Part shown: piece by piece, positions 1 through 9,008 of the stretch
Numbering within the stretch: the first letter of the stretch is position 1
Layout: each line of letters opens with the position of its first letter
Assembly: GCA_019057815.1 (NCBI GenBank)
Contig: JAHLWR010000009.1
Span: 76,403-140,402 of the forward strand
DNA length: 64,000 nucleotides
DNA from: Candidatus Heimdallarchaeota archaeon
Lineage (GTDB): Archaea; Asgardarchaeota; Heimdallarchaeia; Heimdallarchaeales; Heimdallarchaeaceae
Direction: 5' to 3'
Made by a program: the position numbers and the translations under genes
Notes under the pieces: generated by a model
Told to the model about the DNA's origin: nothing
Database searches by the model: none
What the model saw: the letters and a program-made list of their open reading frames with translations, nothing else

Positions 1-387
1 GTCGTTTCTCGAATGCCATTTTCAATGCTTTATCCTACTGGTGATAAACAAGAAGAACATAAACCAACTAAAGTTAAATATTTTAAGAGAGCTAAATTTA
101 TTGCAGGGGATTTTCATTTTATTAAGAGAAATATGCCTTTAGATGGGATGGAAGGAAAAATTTTGGTCACAAATACAACAACACCTGAAGATATTGAACT
201 TCTAAAAAATATAGGTGTTAAGTATGTTGTGACTTCTACACCAAGAATCGAGGGAAGATCCTTTGGTACTAATGTTTTGGAAGCTTGTATTGTTGCTATA
301 AGTGGTGAAAATAGAGAACTTACCACTGAAGAATATGTTGAATTCCTTGATAAATTGTCAATAGAACCACTTATCCAAAAACTGTAA
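1..387 (+). CDS. Conserved protein of the family often auto-annotated 'quinate 5-dehydrogenase' (function unproven); 5' truncated
   Basis: Frame open from base 1 (VVSRMPF...). Motifs GDFHFIKR, TNTTT, TPRIEGRSFGTNVLEA recognised from memory of this family. Confidence 0.6.
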   Translation, partial: VVSRMPFSMLYPTGDKQEEHKPTKVKYFKRAKFIAGDFHFIKRNMPLDGMEGKILVTNTTTPEDIELLKNIGVKYVVTSTPRIEGRSFGTNVLEACIVAISGENRELTTEEYVEFLDKLSIEPLIQKL

Positions 388-389
388 GG

Positions 390-1211
390 ATGTCTTTAAT
401 GGAGAAGTACAATGCAATTATCTTTGCTGGACGTACGGAGAGAGACAATGTTTTATGCGAGATGGAAAATGTTTCTAATAAAGGCTTCATTAAACTAGGA
501 GACAAAATTTTTCTTGAAAGGATAGTTGAGGAATTTGTAAAATGTGAGGAAATAGGTGATATCTATATCAGTGGAATAGCAGAGGAAGATTGGGAAACTA
601 ATCTGCCTGTTACTTTTAGTGATGATCAAAGCTCCTTATTTAAAGAAGTACAAAATGTTAATAAAAAATATATCACAAAAAAAGAAAATTTCTCTGAAAT
701 AGTTGTTCTACACTCTTGTGATGGCCCCCTAGTTACTGCAGAAATAATTTCAAGACTTATAAAGAGATGCAAAGAAGCTTCAGGAGGAGAGCTTGATGGC
801 TTCTTTTATTATTCTTTTATTAAGAATGAAGTTATGGAAAGAAAATTCCCTAATTCAAAAAGAACATATGCTAAATTTAAGGAATTTGAAGTTTGTGGGG
901 GCGATGTAATAATAATTAATACAAGGAAAATGAGGGATTATCAGAATATTATTGATAACCTTAATGAAAAAAGAAAAAGCGTTCTTGCACAAATAATTAT
1001 TTTAAATCCATTTTTAATCATTCAATATCTACTAAAACGTCTTTCTATTTATAAATTTATGAAATCTGTTAATAGAAGAATTTTCAAAGTTGAAAAAGGA
1101 GTTTACGCTGTTCTGAGCGATGATGCTGAAATAGCAATGGACGTGGATAAACCACATCAATTAGAAGAAGTAAGAAGGTATTATAATGAGAATAAGGATA
1201 TATATGATTGA
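390..1211 (+). CDS. NTP-transferase (MobA-like/GT-A fold nucleotidyltransferase), paralog 1
   Basis: IIFAGR...NKGFIKLGDK, CDGPL and C-terminal AMDVDKP motifs; 2 bp after the upstream stop. Confidence 0.8.
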   Translation: MSLMEKYNAIIFAGRTERDNVLCEMENVSNKGFIKLGDKIFLERIVEEFVKCEEIGDIYISGIAEEDWETNLPVTFSDDQSSLFKEVQNVNKKYITKKENFSEIVVLHSCDGPLVTAEIISRLIKRCKEASGGELDGFFYYSFIKNEVMERKFPNSKRTYAKFKEFEVCGGDVIIINTRKMRDYQNIIDNLNEKRKSVLAQIIILNPFLIIQYLLKRLSIYKFMKSVNRRIFKVEKGVYAVLSDDAEIAMDVDKPHQLEEVRRYYNENKDIYD

Positions 1212-1361
1212 AGATCTCTTTTGAGTTCCTCCAAGATTCCCTTCATTCATTAGATGAAGACAGCAGAAGTCCTCTTCTTTTAAGCAAGGGTAATACATTA
1301 AACTACTAAAAACAATAATCATTTTCAAACAATCTTATATAGAACCTAATACTCAAAATTT

Positions 1362-2183
1362 ATGACGACTAAAATGATAAAATTAGATACAGTAGTTTTG
1401 TGTGGAAGAGCAAAAATAGATGATGAGCTCTTACTCTATATTAGAGAAAAAACAGGACAAAAAGAAGTTGACAATAAAGCATTGTTCGAAATAGCTGGCA
1501 AAAAAATTCTCCACTATATCGTTGATGTACTGAATGAAGCAGAAAATATAGGTAACATATTCATAGCAGGACTTTCTAAAGAGGATATCGAATTCAACTA
1601 CCCAGTGACTTATCTAGAATTATCTAAAGAAAGCTCTGTTATAGACAAAATATTCACATGGGTACAAGAGAACCTTCTAAAAAGAGACAAACCTGAAACT
1701 CCAGTATTGGTTGTAAATGGAGATATCCCTACAATTTCAAAGGAAGGTATTAATTGGATAGCAAAAAAAGTTTCTGAAAGTACTGCTACCTTTCAATATA
1801 CTGTTGTTGGACAAGAAGATATGGATAGGGTTTTTCCTGATTCTAGAAGATCATTTATTAAATTTAAAGATGGAGCTATATGCGGGGGAGATGTTGTAGG
1901 AATTGCACCAGTAGAAATAATAAAACATGCAGATACTATGCGAGAACTAGTTGGAAAGAGAAAATCATTCATTCGACAAGTGATTTTCGTTGCTCCCTTC
2001 AAAGTTTTGAAAATAATGTTAAGAAGAGCAACATTAGATGAAGCAGTTCATATAGCTGAAAAAGCTCTCAAAATGAGTGTCAACCTATTGAAAGTTCCTT
2101 ATCCTGAAATAGCAATGGACATTGACAAACCGCACCAGTTTGATATTGTTGAAAAACATCTGTCTCAAAAAAGAAGAACTTAA
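1362..2183 (+). CDS. NTP-transferase (MobA-like/GT-A fold nucleotidyltransferase), paralog 2
   Basis: VVLCGR...NKALFEIAGK, GDIP and AMDIDKP motifs; same 273-aa length as paralog 1. Confidence 0.8.
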   Translation: MTTKMIKLDTVVLCGRAKIDDELLLYIREKTGQKEVDNKALFEIAGKKILHYIVDVLNEAENIGNIFIAGLSKEDIEFNYPVTYLELSKESSVIDKIFTWVQENLLKRDKPETPVLVVNGDIPTISKEGINWIAKKVSESTATFQYTVVGQEDMDRVFPDSRRSFIKFKDGAICGGDVVGIAPVEIIKHADTMRELVGKRKSFIRQVIFVAPFKVLKIMLRRATLDEAVHIAEKALKMSVNLLKVPYPEIAMDIDKPHQFDIVEKHLSQKRRT

Positions 2184-2195
2184 AAACAGTTTCAG

Positions 2196-2774
2196 GTGAA
2201 GAATTTAATGCCAGAATTAATCAATAAGATAGCTAATTGGGACGAGAAAGTTTCAAAAAAGATAGTCCTATTTTCGGAGAAAAAACTGAAATTTGCTAGC
2301 TTTATTGCTTTATCAGGCAATGTACAACCTTGGTTAATAGTGTCTATTTTATTCCTTATTTTCAATCTATTTATTGATAGATCCTTCAATTTAGTTCAAA
2401 TAGCATTCACTTTCTGTACTGGAATATTAACTTCTATTTGTAAATATTCAGTAAAGAGGGATAGACCAAGTGTAACCATCGCTAAAAAATATGTAGGAAA
2501 AGGTGATTTCTTCAGTTTTCCAAGTGGACATGCGGGAAGAATGGGATGTTTAGCTCTTCTATTTGCAGTGAAGTACCCATTTATTGGTTGGGTTTTTGTA
2601 CTATGGGCTATAGGAGTAGCATTTTCGAGGGTTGCTCTACAATTACATTATTTCCTAGATGTACTTATTGGACTTTTAATAGGATGTTTTTCTGCAATTA
2701 TAGCTTTTATCTTTTATAGTCAGATTGTGAATCTTCTTTCACCAATAATTGAATGGATGAACAGTTTAATTTAG
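2196..2774 (+). CDS. PAP2-family membrane phosphatase
   Basis: KxxxxRxRP, SFPSGH and SRVxLxxHYxxDV motifs; hydrophobic helices; GTG start. Confidence 0.9.
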   Translation: MKNLMPELINKIANWDEKVSKKIVLFSEKKLKFASFIALSGNVQPWLIVSILFLIFNLFIDRSFNLVQIAFTFCTGILTSICKYSVKRDRPSVTIAKKYVGKGDFFSFPSGHAGRMGCLALLFAVKYPFIGWVFVLWAIGVAFSRVALQLHYFLDVLIGLLIGCFSAIIAFIFYSQIVNLLSPIIEWMNSLI

Positions 2775-2951
2775 ATATACAATCAACTAGCAAAAGTCAA
2801 CTTTTACAAATCGCAGTACGATTCTGAGGTTATAAGTTAATGTTCTATTATGTTTAGAATGTCTAAAAGAGCTGAACTTCTACCACTCAAAGGAAAAGGA
2901 GTTCTAGTTTGTTTCGTTAAATATATAATACATTTAGGCATAATTAAAAAC

Positions 2952-3860
2952 GTGAGTATAAAAAAAGAATTTACCCCTGAAGATCTTGAAGAGCTTTTAA
3001 TTTATGACCCATATGAATCGGAGAGACAGCTCGTTAAAATTAAAACAGATAAACACGAATATGAAATCAGTGTTGTAGACCTCAATAAAAAACCAAAATA
3101 CAATTGTACTCTAATATTGGTACACGGTTGGGGCTCAAATCTGCTTAATTATAGATTTTTGCTCAAAAATTTACAAGCATATTTTCGAATTATTACTTAT
3201 GATTTGAGAGGTCACGGTGAGTCAGATAAAAAAGAAAGTGATTATGGTTTACAATTGTATACTAATGAATTATCTTGTGTGATAGATCACTTCAAACCTA
3301 ATAATATTGTATTAATGGGTCATTCAATGGGTACAAGCATTGTCATGAATTATCTCTATTTACATCCTGAGATTAAAGCAGCAATATTAACTTCAGGTTC
3401 ATCGAATTTTAGAGAACCTTTCCCTCGTATTGTTCCCTTAGTTATGTCTAAGATTGATGAGAAACTCAAAGACCATTTAGTTGAAATCGCTGTTTCAATG
3501 TTGATGACTAGAGGTTGTCCAAAGGAACTCTTAAACATAGTTAGGGAACAAAATAAAAGAACGCCTTTTCATGTTTATAGAAAAGCTTTGCTTAACACTA
3601 TTTTCACTTGGGAAAAAGATGAAGATTTGAATAAAATAAGAAATCCTATTCTAATTTTGGTAGGAAATAAGGATTTATTAACGCCTGTAAAAGATTCTAA
3701 AAAACTTAATGAAATACTTCCAAAGTCAAGGTTAGTAATTATTCCTGGTTGTGGGCACGGTATTTTAATGGAAAAAGGCAAAGCAGTATCGAATCTTGTT
3801 AAAGAGTTTATAGAATACCAGATTGAACTTGAAGGAATAGACTCGAATTCGAAGGTTTAA
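2952..3860 (+). CDS. Alpha/beta hydrolase
   Basis: HGWG, DLRGHG, GHSMG nucleophile, GNKD and GCGH motifs. ORF is open from 2850; GTG 2952 preferred because TTAAATATA lies about 27 bp upstream. Confidence 0.88.
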   Translation: MSIKKEFTPEDLEELLIYDPYESERQLVKIKTDKHEYEISVVDLNKKPKYNCTLILVHGWGSNLLNYRFLLKNLQAYFRIITYDLRGHGESDKKESDYGLQLYTNELSCVIDHFKPNNIVLMGHSMGTSIVMNYLYLHPEIKAAILTSGSSNFREPFPRIVPLVMSKIDEKLKDHLVEIAVSMLMTRGCPKELLNIVREQNKRTPFHVYRKALLNTIFTWEKDEDLNKIRNPILILVGNKDLLTPVKDSKKLNEILPKSRLVIIPGCGHGILMEKGKAVSNLVKEFIEYQIELEGIDSNSKV

Positions 3861-3939
3861 AGACATAAAACATGCGTTAAGAAGGAAAATGATAAAATAT
3901 TCACATATATTTATATAGAAAAAAGATTGAACAAACAAT

Positions 3940-5385
3940 ATGGAGAGTTTTCCTTATGAACTTGTTGAAAAGACTATCGAGTATGGTCAAGACCTAGGAT
4001 TACCTTACATCGAAGCTAGACTTGTTGATTTGAGCATTAATTCAACCATTTTAAAAAACGGGGTTCCTGAACTTGGATCCCTTGATAGAAGTTTAGGAAT
4101 AGGAGTTAGGGTTTTACGCGAAGGTGGAATGGGTTTTTCAAGTTTCAATAATCTTACTCTCGATTCCATGAAAAAGGCTGTAGACTTTGCGGCTAAAATG
4201 GCTGGGGAAATAGGATGGAGAAGGAAAACAAAGATAAGTTTCAGCGACGAGAATGTTAATGTTGCTAAATACAGCTCAAAAGGTGACCAAAATAAAAGAC
4301 CCTTAGACGTTGAACCTGAAGAAAAATTAGACTTGCTTTTAAACTTTGATAAAATTATTACAGAAGTAAAAACTGCATCTATTCCTTTCAGATTTTTCAT
4401 GTCTTTAGACGAAACGGAAAAAAAATTCATCTTAACTAGTGAAGGTACAAAAATAGAGAGTGAGATAGATAGAGTACATCTTTATGGTTTAATAACAGCT
4501 GTTAATTCAACTACAGGTAACATGGAACAAGTTTTCTTGCAAAAAGGGAAATCGGGTGGTTATGAGTCTTACGACTACTGGAAAATGGAAGACTATATAG
4601 AAAATCAAGTAAAAATCTTAAGTAAAATTGTAACTGAAGCCAAACCTGCTCCTAAAGGAAAAATAGATTATGTTCTTGGACCTTCCATGATCGGAATTGT
4701 GTGTCATGAAAATCAAGGTCATCCTAGTGAAGCTGATAGAATATTAGGTCGAGAGGGTGCACAAGCTGGTGAAAGTTATTTAAAACATGAAATGCTAGGA
4801 CAAAGACTAGGTTCAGAAGCTGTTACTATAATTGATGATCCAACCCTTGAAGGTTCCTTTGGTTTCTATCTTTATGATGATGAAGGAGTAAAATCAAAAC
4901 CTCGCTTCCTTCTGAAAAATGGACTCTTTAAGGATATGTTTCATAACAGAGAATCAGCTGCTTTTATGAATACATCAAGTACATCTGCAGCAAGAGCAAT
5001 AGGCTATAATAGAGAGCCTATTGCACGGATGGCTAATACTTATCTTGAACCTGGCGATTATTCGAAGGAAGAGCTTATAGAAGATATCAAACTTGGAGCA
5101 CTTGTGATTAATTTTACTGAATGGAATATTGACGATCGAAGATATCATTCTAAATATGTTGGTTTGGAGGCTTATCTAATAGAAAATGGGGAAGTCAAAA
5201 ACCTAGTTCGACGACCAGTTATCGAAGTAACTACGCCTAAGCTCTGGGGTTCAGTAGATGCTGTTGCTAAAGAGAGTTATTTAGAGTTTGATGGAGTAAT
5301 GTGTGGCAAAGGTGAGCCTACCCAAGGAGCTCCTGTTTATTGTGGAGGTACTTATATGAGAATGCGCGATGTGGAGGTAAGGTGA
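3940..5385 (+). CDS. tldD: TldD metalloprotease subunit
   Basis: HENQGHPSEAD (HExxxH), DDEGV, RMANT and C-terminal CGKG motifs. Confidence 0.92.
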   Translation: MESFPYELVEKTIEYGQDLGLPYIEARLVDLSINSTILKNGVPELGSLDRSLGIGVRVLREGGMGFSSFNNLTLDSMKKAVDFAAKMAGEIGWRRKTKISFSDENVNVAKYSSKGDQNKRPLDVEPEEKLDLLLNFDKIITEVKTASIPFRFFMSLDETEKKFILTSEGTKIESEIDRVHLYGLITAVNSTTGNMEQVFLQKGKSGGYESYDYWKMEDYIENQVKILSKIVTEAKPAPKGKIDYVLGPSMIGIVCHENQGHPSEADRILGREGAQAGESYLKHEMLGQRLGSEAVTIIDDPTLEGSFGFYLYDDEGVKSKPRFLLKNGLFKDMFHNRESAAFMNTSSTSAARAIGYNREPIARMANTYLEPGDYSKEELIEDIKLGALVINFTEWNIDDRRYHSKYVGLEAYLIENGEVKNLVRRPVIEVTTPKLWGSVDAVAKESYLEFDGVMCGKGEPTQGAPVYCGGTYMRMRDVEVR

Positions 5386-5391
5386 GAACTG

Positions 5392-6744
5392 ATGGAAGGA
5401 TTTTTAGAACCGTTTCCGATTATAGAAAATGTTATTCAAAAGCTAGTTTCCTTAAAATTTGATGATTATATAGTTTCTTTTGTAAAAGACGACAGTTCAC
5501 AACTACGTTTCGCAGATAATCAGTTCACTATTGCAAAGAATTGGACTTCGGCTACTCTCAAAATTTTCGGTGTAAAACAACAGAAAACAGTAAGTACAGA
5601 AATCAATAATTTAACAACTGATGTTATTGATAATACTTTAGAAAACTTAGGAAAATTAGCAATTGCACTGCCTATAAATGATAACTATTTGGGAATTTCT
5701 GAAGGACCTTTCAGCTACCCAACTATTGAACAACTTATTGATCCTAAATATGATGATTTTCATAGCAAAGCCGTGGACAATGTAGAATTAGCAATTAATA
5801 CAGCGCTTGAAGAAGGAGCAAAAAGATCCGCAGGAGTGTTGTATTGGAGGAAGATAGAAGAAATTTTCCTATCCTCAAAAGGAGCAACAACCCAACATAG
5901 CAAGACTAGCTATGAGTTTACTATTAGATCTTTCTTAGATAGCCAAACATCAGGACAAGGAGTCTCAGTAGGTTGTATTTCTGACTCTATCAATTTTGAA
6001 AAAGCTGGAAGACAAGCAGGGGAAATAGCTAAATTATCTGAAGGTGGAGGAGAAGGAAAACCAGGTAAATATAATGTGATTTTAAGTCCAACTGTTGCAG
6101 CGGATATAATAGCAGCTACTCCCAGATCAGCAAACCCATTTAGCGTAGAAATAGGTTTTTCATGGTTGAAAGACAAAATAGGAGAAAAAATTGGTCCTGA
6201 AAATTTAACTGTTTATGATGACGCTCTATTACCTAATGGACTAGGTTCAAAACCTTTTGATGATGAAGGACATCCAACTGGTAGGAATGTTTTAATCGAG
6301 GAAGGAATACTCAAAGGATTCATCCACAATACCTCAACAGCTAAAAAAGCTAATACTATGAGCACAGGAAATGCAGGTTTAGTAAGTCCTGAAAATTCAA
6401 ACATCTTCTTTGAACCAGGAAATCATACTTTAGACGAACTTATGGAACTATCAAAAGGTAAACCTACTCTTTATATTACAAGTAATTGGTATACTAGGTT
6501 TACAAGTTATATAGACGGAATATTCTCTACTATACCTCGAGATGGGATATTCTTGATTGAAAACGGAGAAATAGCTAAACCTGTCAGGGAACTACGAATA
6601 AGTGATTCCATGCTAAATATTTTTAAGAATATCAAAATGTTAGGAAAAGATTTAACCCAAATTAAATGGTGGGAAGTCTATGTACCTACTTTCATCCCTA
6701 GCATACTTATAGAAGATGTTAACATAACTTCAGCAACCAACTGA
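5392..6744 (+). CDS. pmbA: TldE/PmbA subunit
   Basis: PFDDEG and STGNAG motifs, no HExxxH; 6 bp downstream of tldD with SD-like GGTGA. Confidence 0.88.
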   Translation: MEGFLEPFPIIENVIQKLVSLKFDDYIVSFVKDDSSQLRFADNQFTIAKNWTSATLKIFGVKQQKTVSTEINNLTTDVIDNTLENLGKLAIALPINDNYLGISEGPFSYPTIEQLIDPKYDDFHSKAVDNVELAINTALEEGAKRSAGVLYWRKIEEIFLSSKGATTQHSKTSYEFTIRSFLDSQTSGQGVSVGCISDSINFEKAGRQAGEIAKLSEGGGEGKPGKYNVILSPTVAADIIAATPRSANPFSVEIGFSWLKDKIGEKIGPENLTVYDDALLPNGLGSKPFDDEGHPTGRNVLIEEGILKGFIHNTSTAKKANTMSTGNAGLVSPENSNIFFEPGNHTLDELMELSKGKPTLYITSNWYTRFTSYIDGIFSTIPRDGIFLIENGEIAKPVRELRISDSMLNIFKNIKMLGKDLTQIKWWEVYVPTFIPSILIEDVNITSATN

Positions 6745-6818
6745 CAATAGTCTCTGAATATCCTTACCTTACTAGCAATGTTTTTAATTGGAATTCTATT
6801 AGAGATATCAGTGATTTT

Positions 6819-7787
6819 ATGTCGTTCACTCTTGAAAAGAAACATGTTGTTTTAATAACAAAGATAGGTATCGCAGTTTTCTATGGCTTATACTTATTAG
6901 CCATGATTCTAGGTTTGTTCTTAAACACCGCTTATACAGCTTTTACAAGTAGTTTTTACTCTTTACAAGCTAATGCATTCGGAGCAGCTTGGTCTTACTT
7001 CCATCTGTTCTCGCTAGTTGCAATGCTCGGATTATTAACAATCTACATAATTTATTTGATTACGGGTAATAAAACAGCACAACTGAAAACTATAGCGATA
7101 TATTTCTTTGGAGCTTATCTCACTTTTGCTGGTATGTCAATGTTTGCTCTAGGTATATTCGCTGGAATTCAATTCGACTTTTTAATTCTTGCTACAATGC
7201 TTTTCGGAATATCGTTATGGTTAACAACCTTACTTGAAAAAACTGATGTAATATCAAAAGAAAATAGTAAACTGTTTAAAGCTCTTGGATCGTTGTTGTA
7301 TTTTGTAGGAATCACAATTTCAAATCAGAGGATAATGTTCTCAGCTAATGCTGAACCAACATCAATACTATATGGAATTCAGAAGGGATTTATAAGTCAA
7401 AAATTCTTCTATCCTACATTACCTGATTGGATATTCGGAGGATTGATTTGGTTGTTTGTGTCTTTATACCTTGGAGCAGAATATCTTAACTCAAAAGGTA
7501 TAATAACGACTACTGAAAAAACCAAAACTATTTTGAAAAGCACAATATTTTCGGTTTTCACTTTAGAATTACTACTATTCAGCATATTCTTTATTTTCTT
7601 CGGAAGTATGCAGGGAGTATGTGTTATTCTAATGTTTGTTGGAAGTATGTTCGGTCTTCTTACATCTATAGGTTTAATATTCTTGCTTTTAGATAAATGG
7701 GGATTGATTCCAACTCCAGGAAAGCCTAAAGAAACTCCTCTACCTGAAGAACCAACAGAAGAACCGCTAACACTACAACAAGAATAA
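6819..7787 (+). CDS. Hypothetical multi-pass membrane protein with Pro/Glu-rich tail
   Basis: Eight or so hydrophobic segments; tail PTPGKPKETPLPEEPTEEP. Confidence 0.7.
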   Translation: MSFTLEKKHVVLITKIGIAVFYGLYLLAMILGLFLNTAYTAFTSSFYSLQANAFGAAWSYFHLFSLVAMLGLLTIYIIYLITGNKTAQLKTIAIYFFGAYLTFAGMSMFALGIFAGIQFDFLILATMLFGISLWLTTLLEKTDVISKENSKLFKALGSLLYFVGITISNQRIMFSANAEPTSILYGIQKGFISQKFFYPTLPDWIFGGLIWLFVSLYLGAEYLNSKGIITTTEKTKTILKSTIFSVFTLELLLFSIFFIFFGSMQGVCVILMFVGSMFGLLTSIGLIFLLLDKWGLIPTPGKPKETPLPEEPTEEPLTLQQE

Positions 7788-7797
7788 ACTCAATCTC

Positions 7798-7828
7798 TTT
7801 TTCTTTTTCTTTTTTTCTTTTATTTTTT
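7798..7828 (+). terminator. Oligo-T archaeal terminator
   Basis: Successive T runs start about 10 bp after the stop at 7787. Confidence 0.6.
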
Positions 7829-7956
7829 ACTTAAAACTTAATGCTTCATACTGGTCGAAATCTAGAAATTTGAGGAAAATTAACGTAGGACTAATTTATA
7901 CAAAAATATGGGAAGAGGACACTTCGATCGTATTCTGAAAGAACAACCCATATATT

Positions 7957-8904
7957 TCATTTTGTAACTTTGTTCAGTTTTAAGTTTTGCATCTTATTAT
8001 TACGATTAGAAGCACCTTTTTCTCCTAATATTGCAAGAATTACTGTACCAATTATAATAATGAATATTCCTAGTGAAATCAATATTTCAGATACTGTGTC
8101 TATAGTTTCCCACTCTCTTAAAACAATAACACCGTATAAAACAGGAAGTATTCTTAAAACTGAGTTATAGGTTGGAATAGCTATTACAGCTTTACATCTC
8201 TGATATGATAATTGATTAAAAATGGTTGATGCACCGCTTAAAAATATGAATATAATAATTAAGATCCACATGCTCCAATCTTTGAATATTGTATATTCTT
8301 GGGATCTGATGATTACACTTGCTCCATTCAAAATAATTACCGCTACACCTATAGTTGTACCAGCTACAACACTATAGGCAACACCCACATATTGTTTTAT
8401 CCATAAGATGAATGTTATCAATAAAATAACACTTAGAGCAATTGATACTAATAATATTATAACAGATGGTGTAGAAACAAATAAGTTCCAAAATTCGTTG
8501 AAATCACTTTGTGTACTTGTCTCAAGAGAAAAATAACCTGCTATTACTACACCTATAGCAATTGTAATTAAAGCTGCTCCTTCCTTAATGTTTATCTTCT
8601 CTTTCACAATGAATCTAGAGAATATAGCTATGAATATTATAGAAGTTCCTCCAAGACTAGATATTAGTGATATGCTCCCCCACGAATATGCTAGAGCAGT
8701 TATAGGAACTGCGAGAATAGTCAACATAACACCTAATATCCAAAGAGGTTTAGTTAAAAAATTCTTTAAATTTGGAATTATTGACGTTTTTTCAATAGAC
8801 GGAAGAGATTCACTTACTTTTTTCTGAAGGACATATCCTAGCGAAATGATAATATTACCTAATAGTGCAAGAGGAATAGCAAATATAGCAACATTGTCAG
8901 CCAC
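7957..8904 (-). CDS. DMT-superfamily transporter, NIPA-like
   Basis: About 9 TM segments; GYVLQKK...FLTKPLWILG...AYSWGS...KEKI pattern. Confidence 0.75.
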   Translation of the reverse strand: MADNVAIFAIPLALLGNIIISLGYVLQKKVSESLPSIEKTSIIPNLKNFLTKPLWILGVMLTILAVPITALAYSWGSISLISSLGGTSIIFIAIFSRFIVKEKINIKEGAALITIAIGVVIAGYFSLETSTQSDFNEFWNLFVSTPSVIILLVSIALSVILLITFILWIKQYVGVAYSVVAGTTIGVAVIILNGASVIIRSQEYTIFKDWSMWILIIIFIFLSGASTIFNQLSYQRCKAVIAIPTYNSVLRILPVLYGVIVLREWETIDTVSEILISLGIFIIIIGTVILAILGEKGASNRNNKMQNLKLNKVTK

Positions 8905-9008
8905 AGAAAAGTTAAAGATTTTCTGATTTATAATCCCTTTGGCAAATAGATTTTACAAACAAATCTGTTGTTTTGGTAGGACACTAATAAAATTCTTGAG
9001 TATTAAGT

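Noticed and set aside
2841-2879. Additional operator copies at TGTTTAG 2851 (and near 15977)
   Set aside because: Only one half-site; no CTAAACA at 15-bp spacing.
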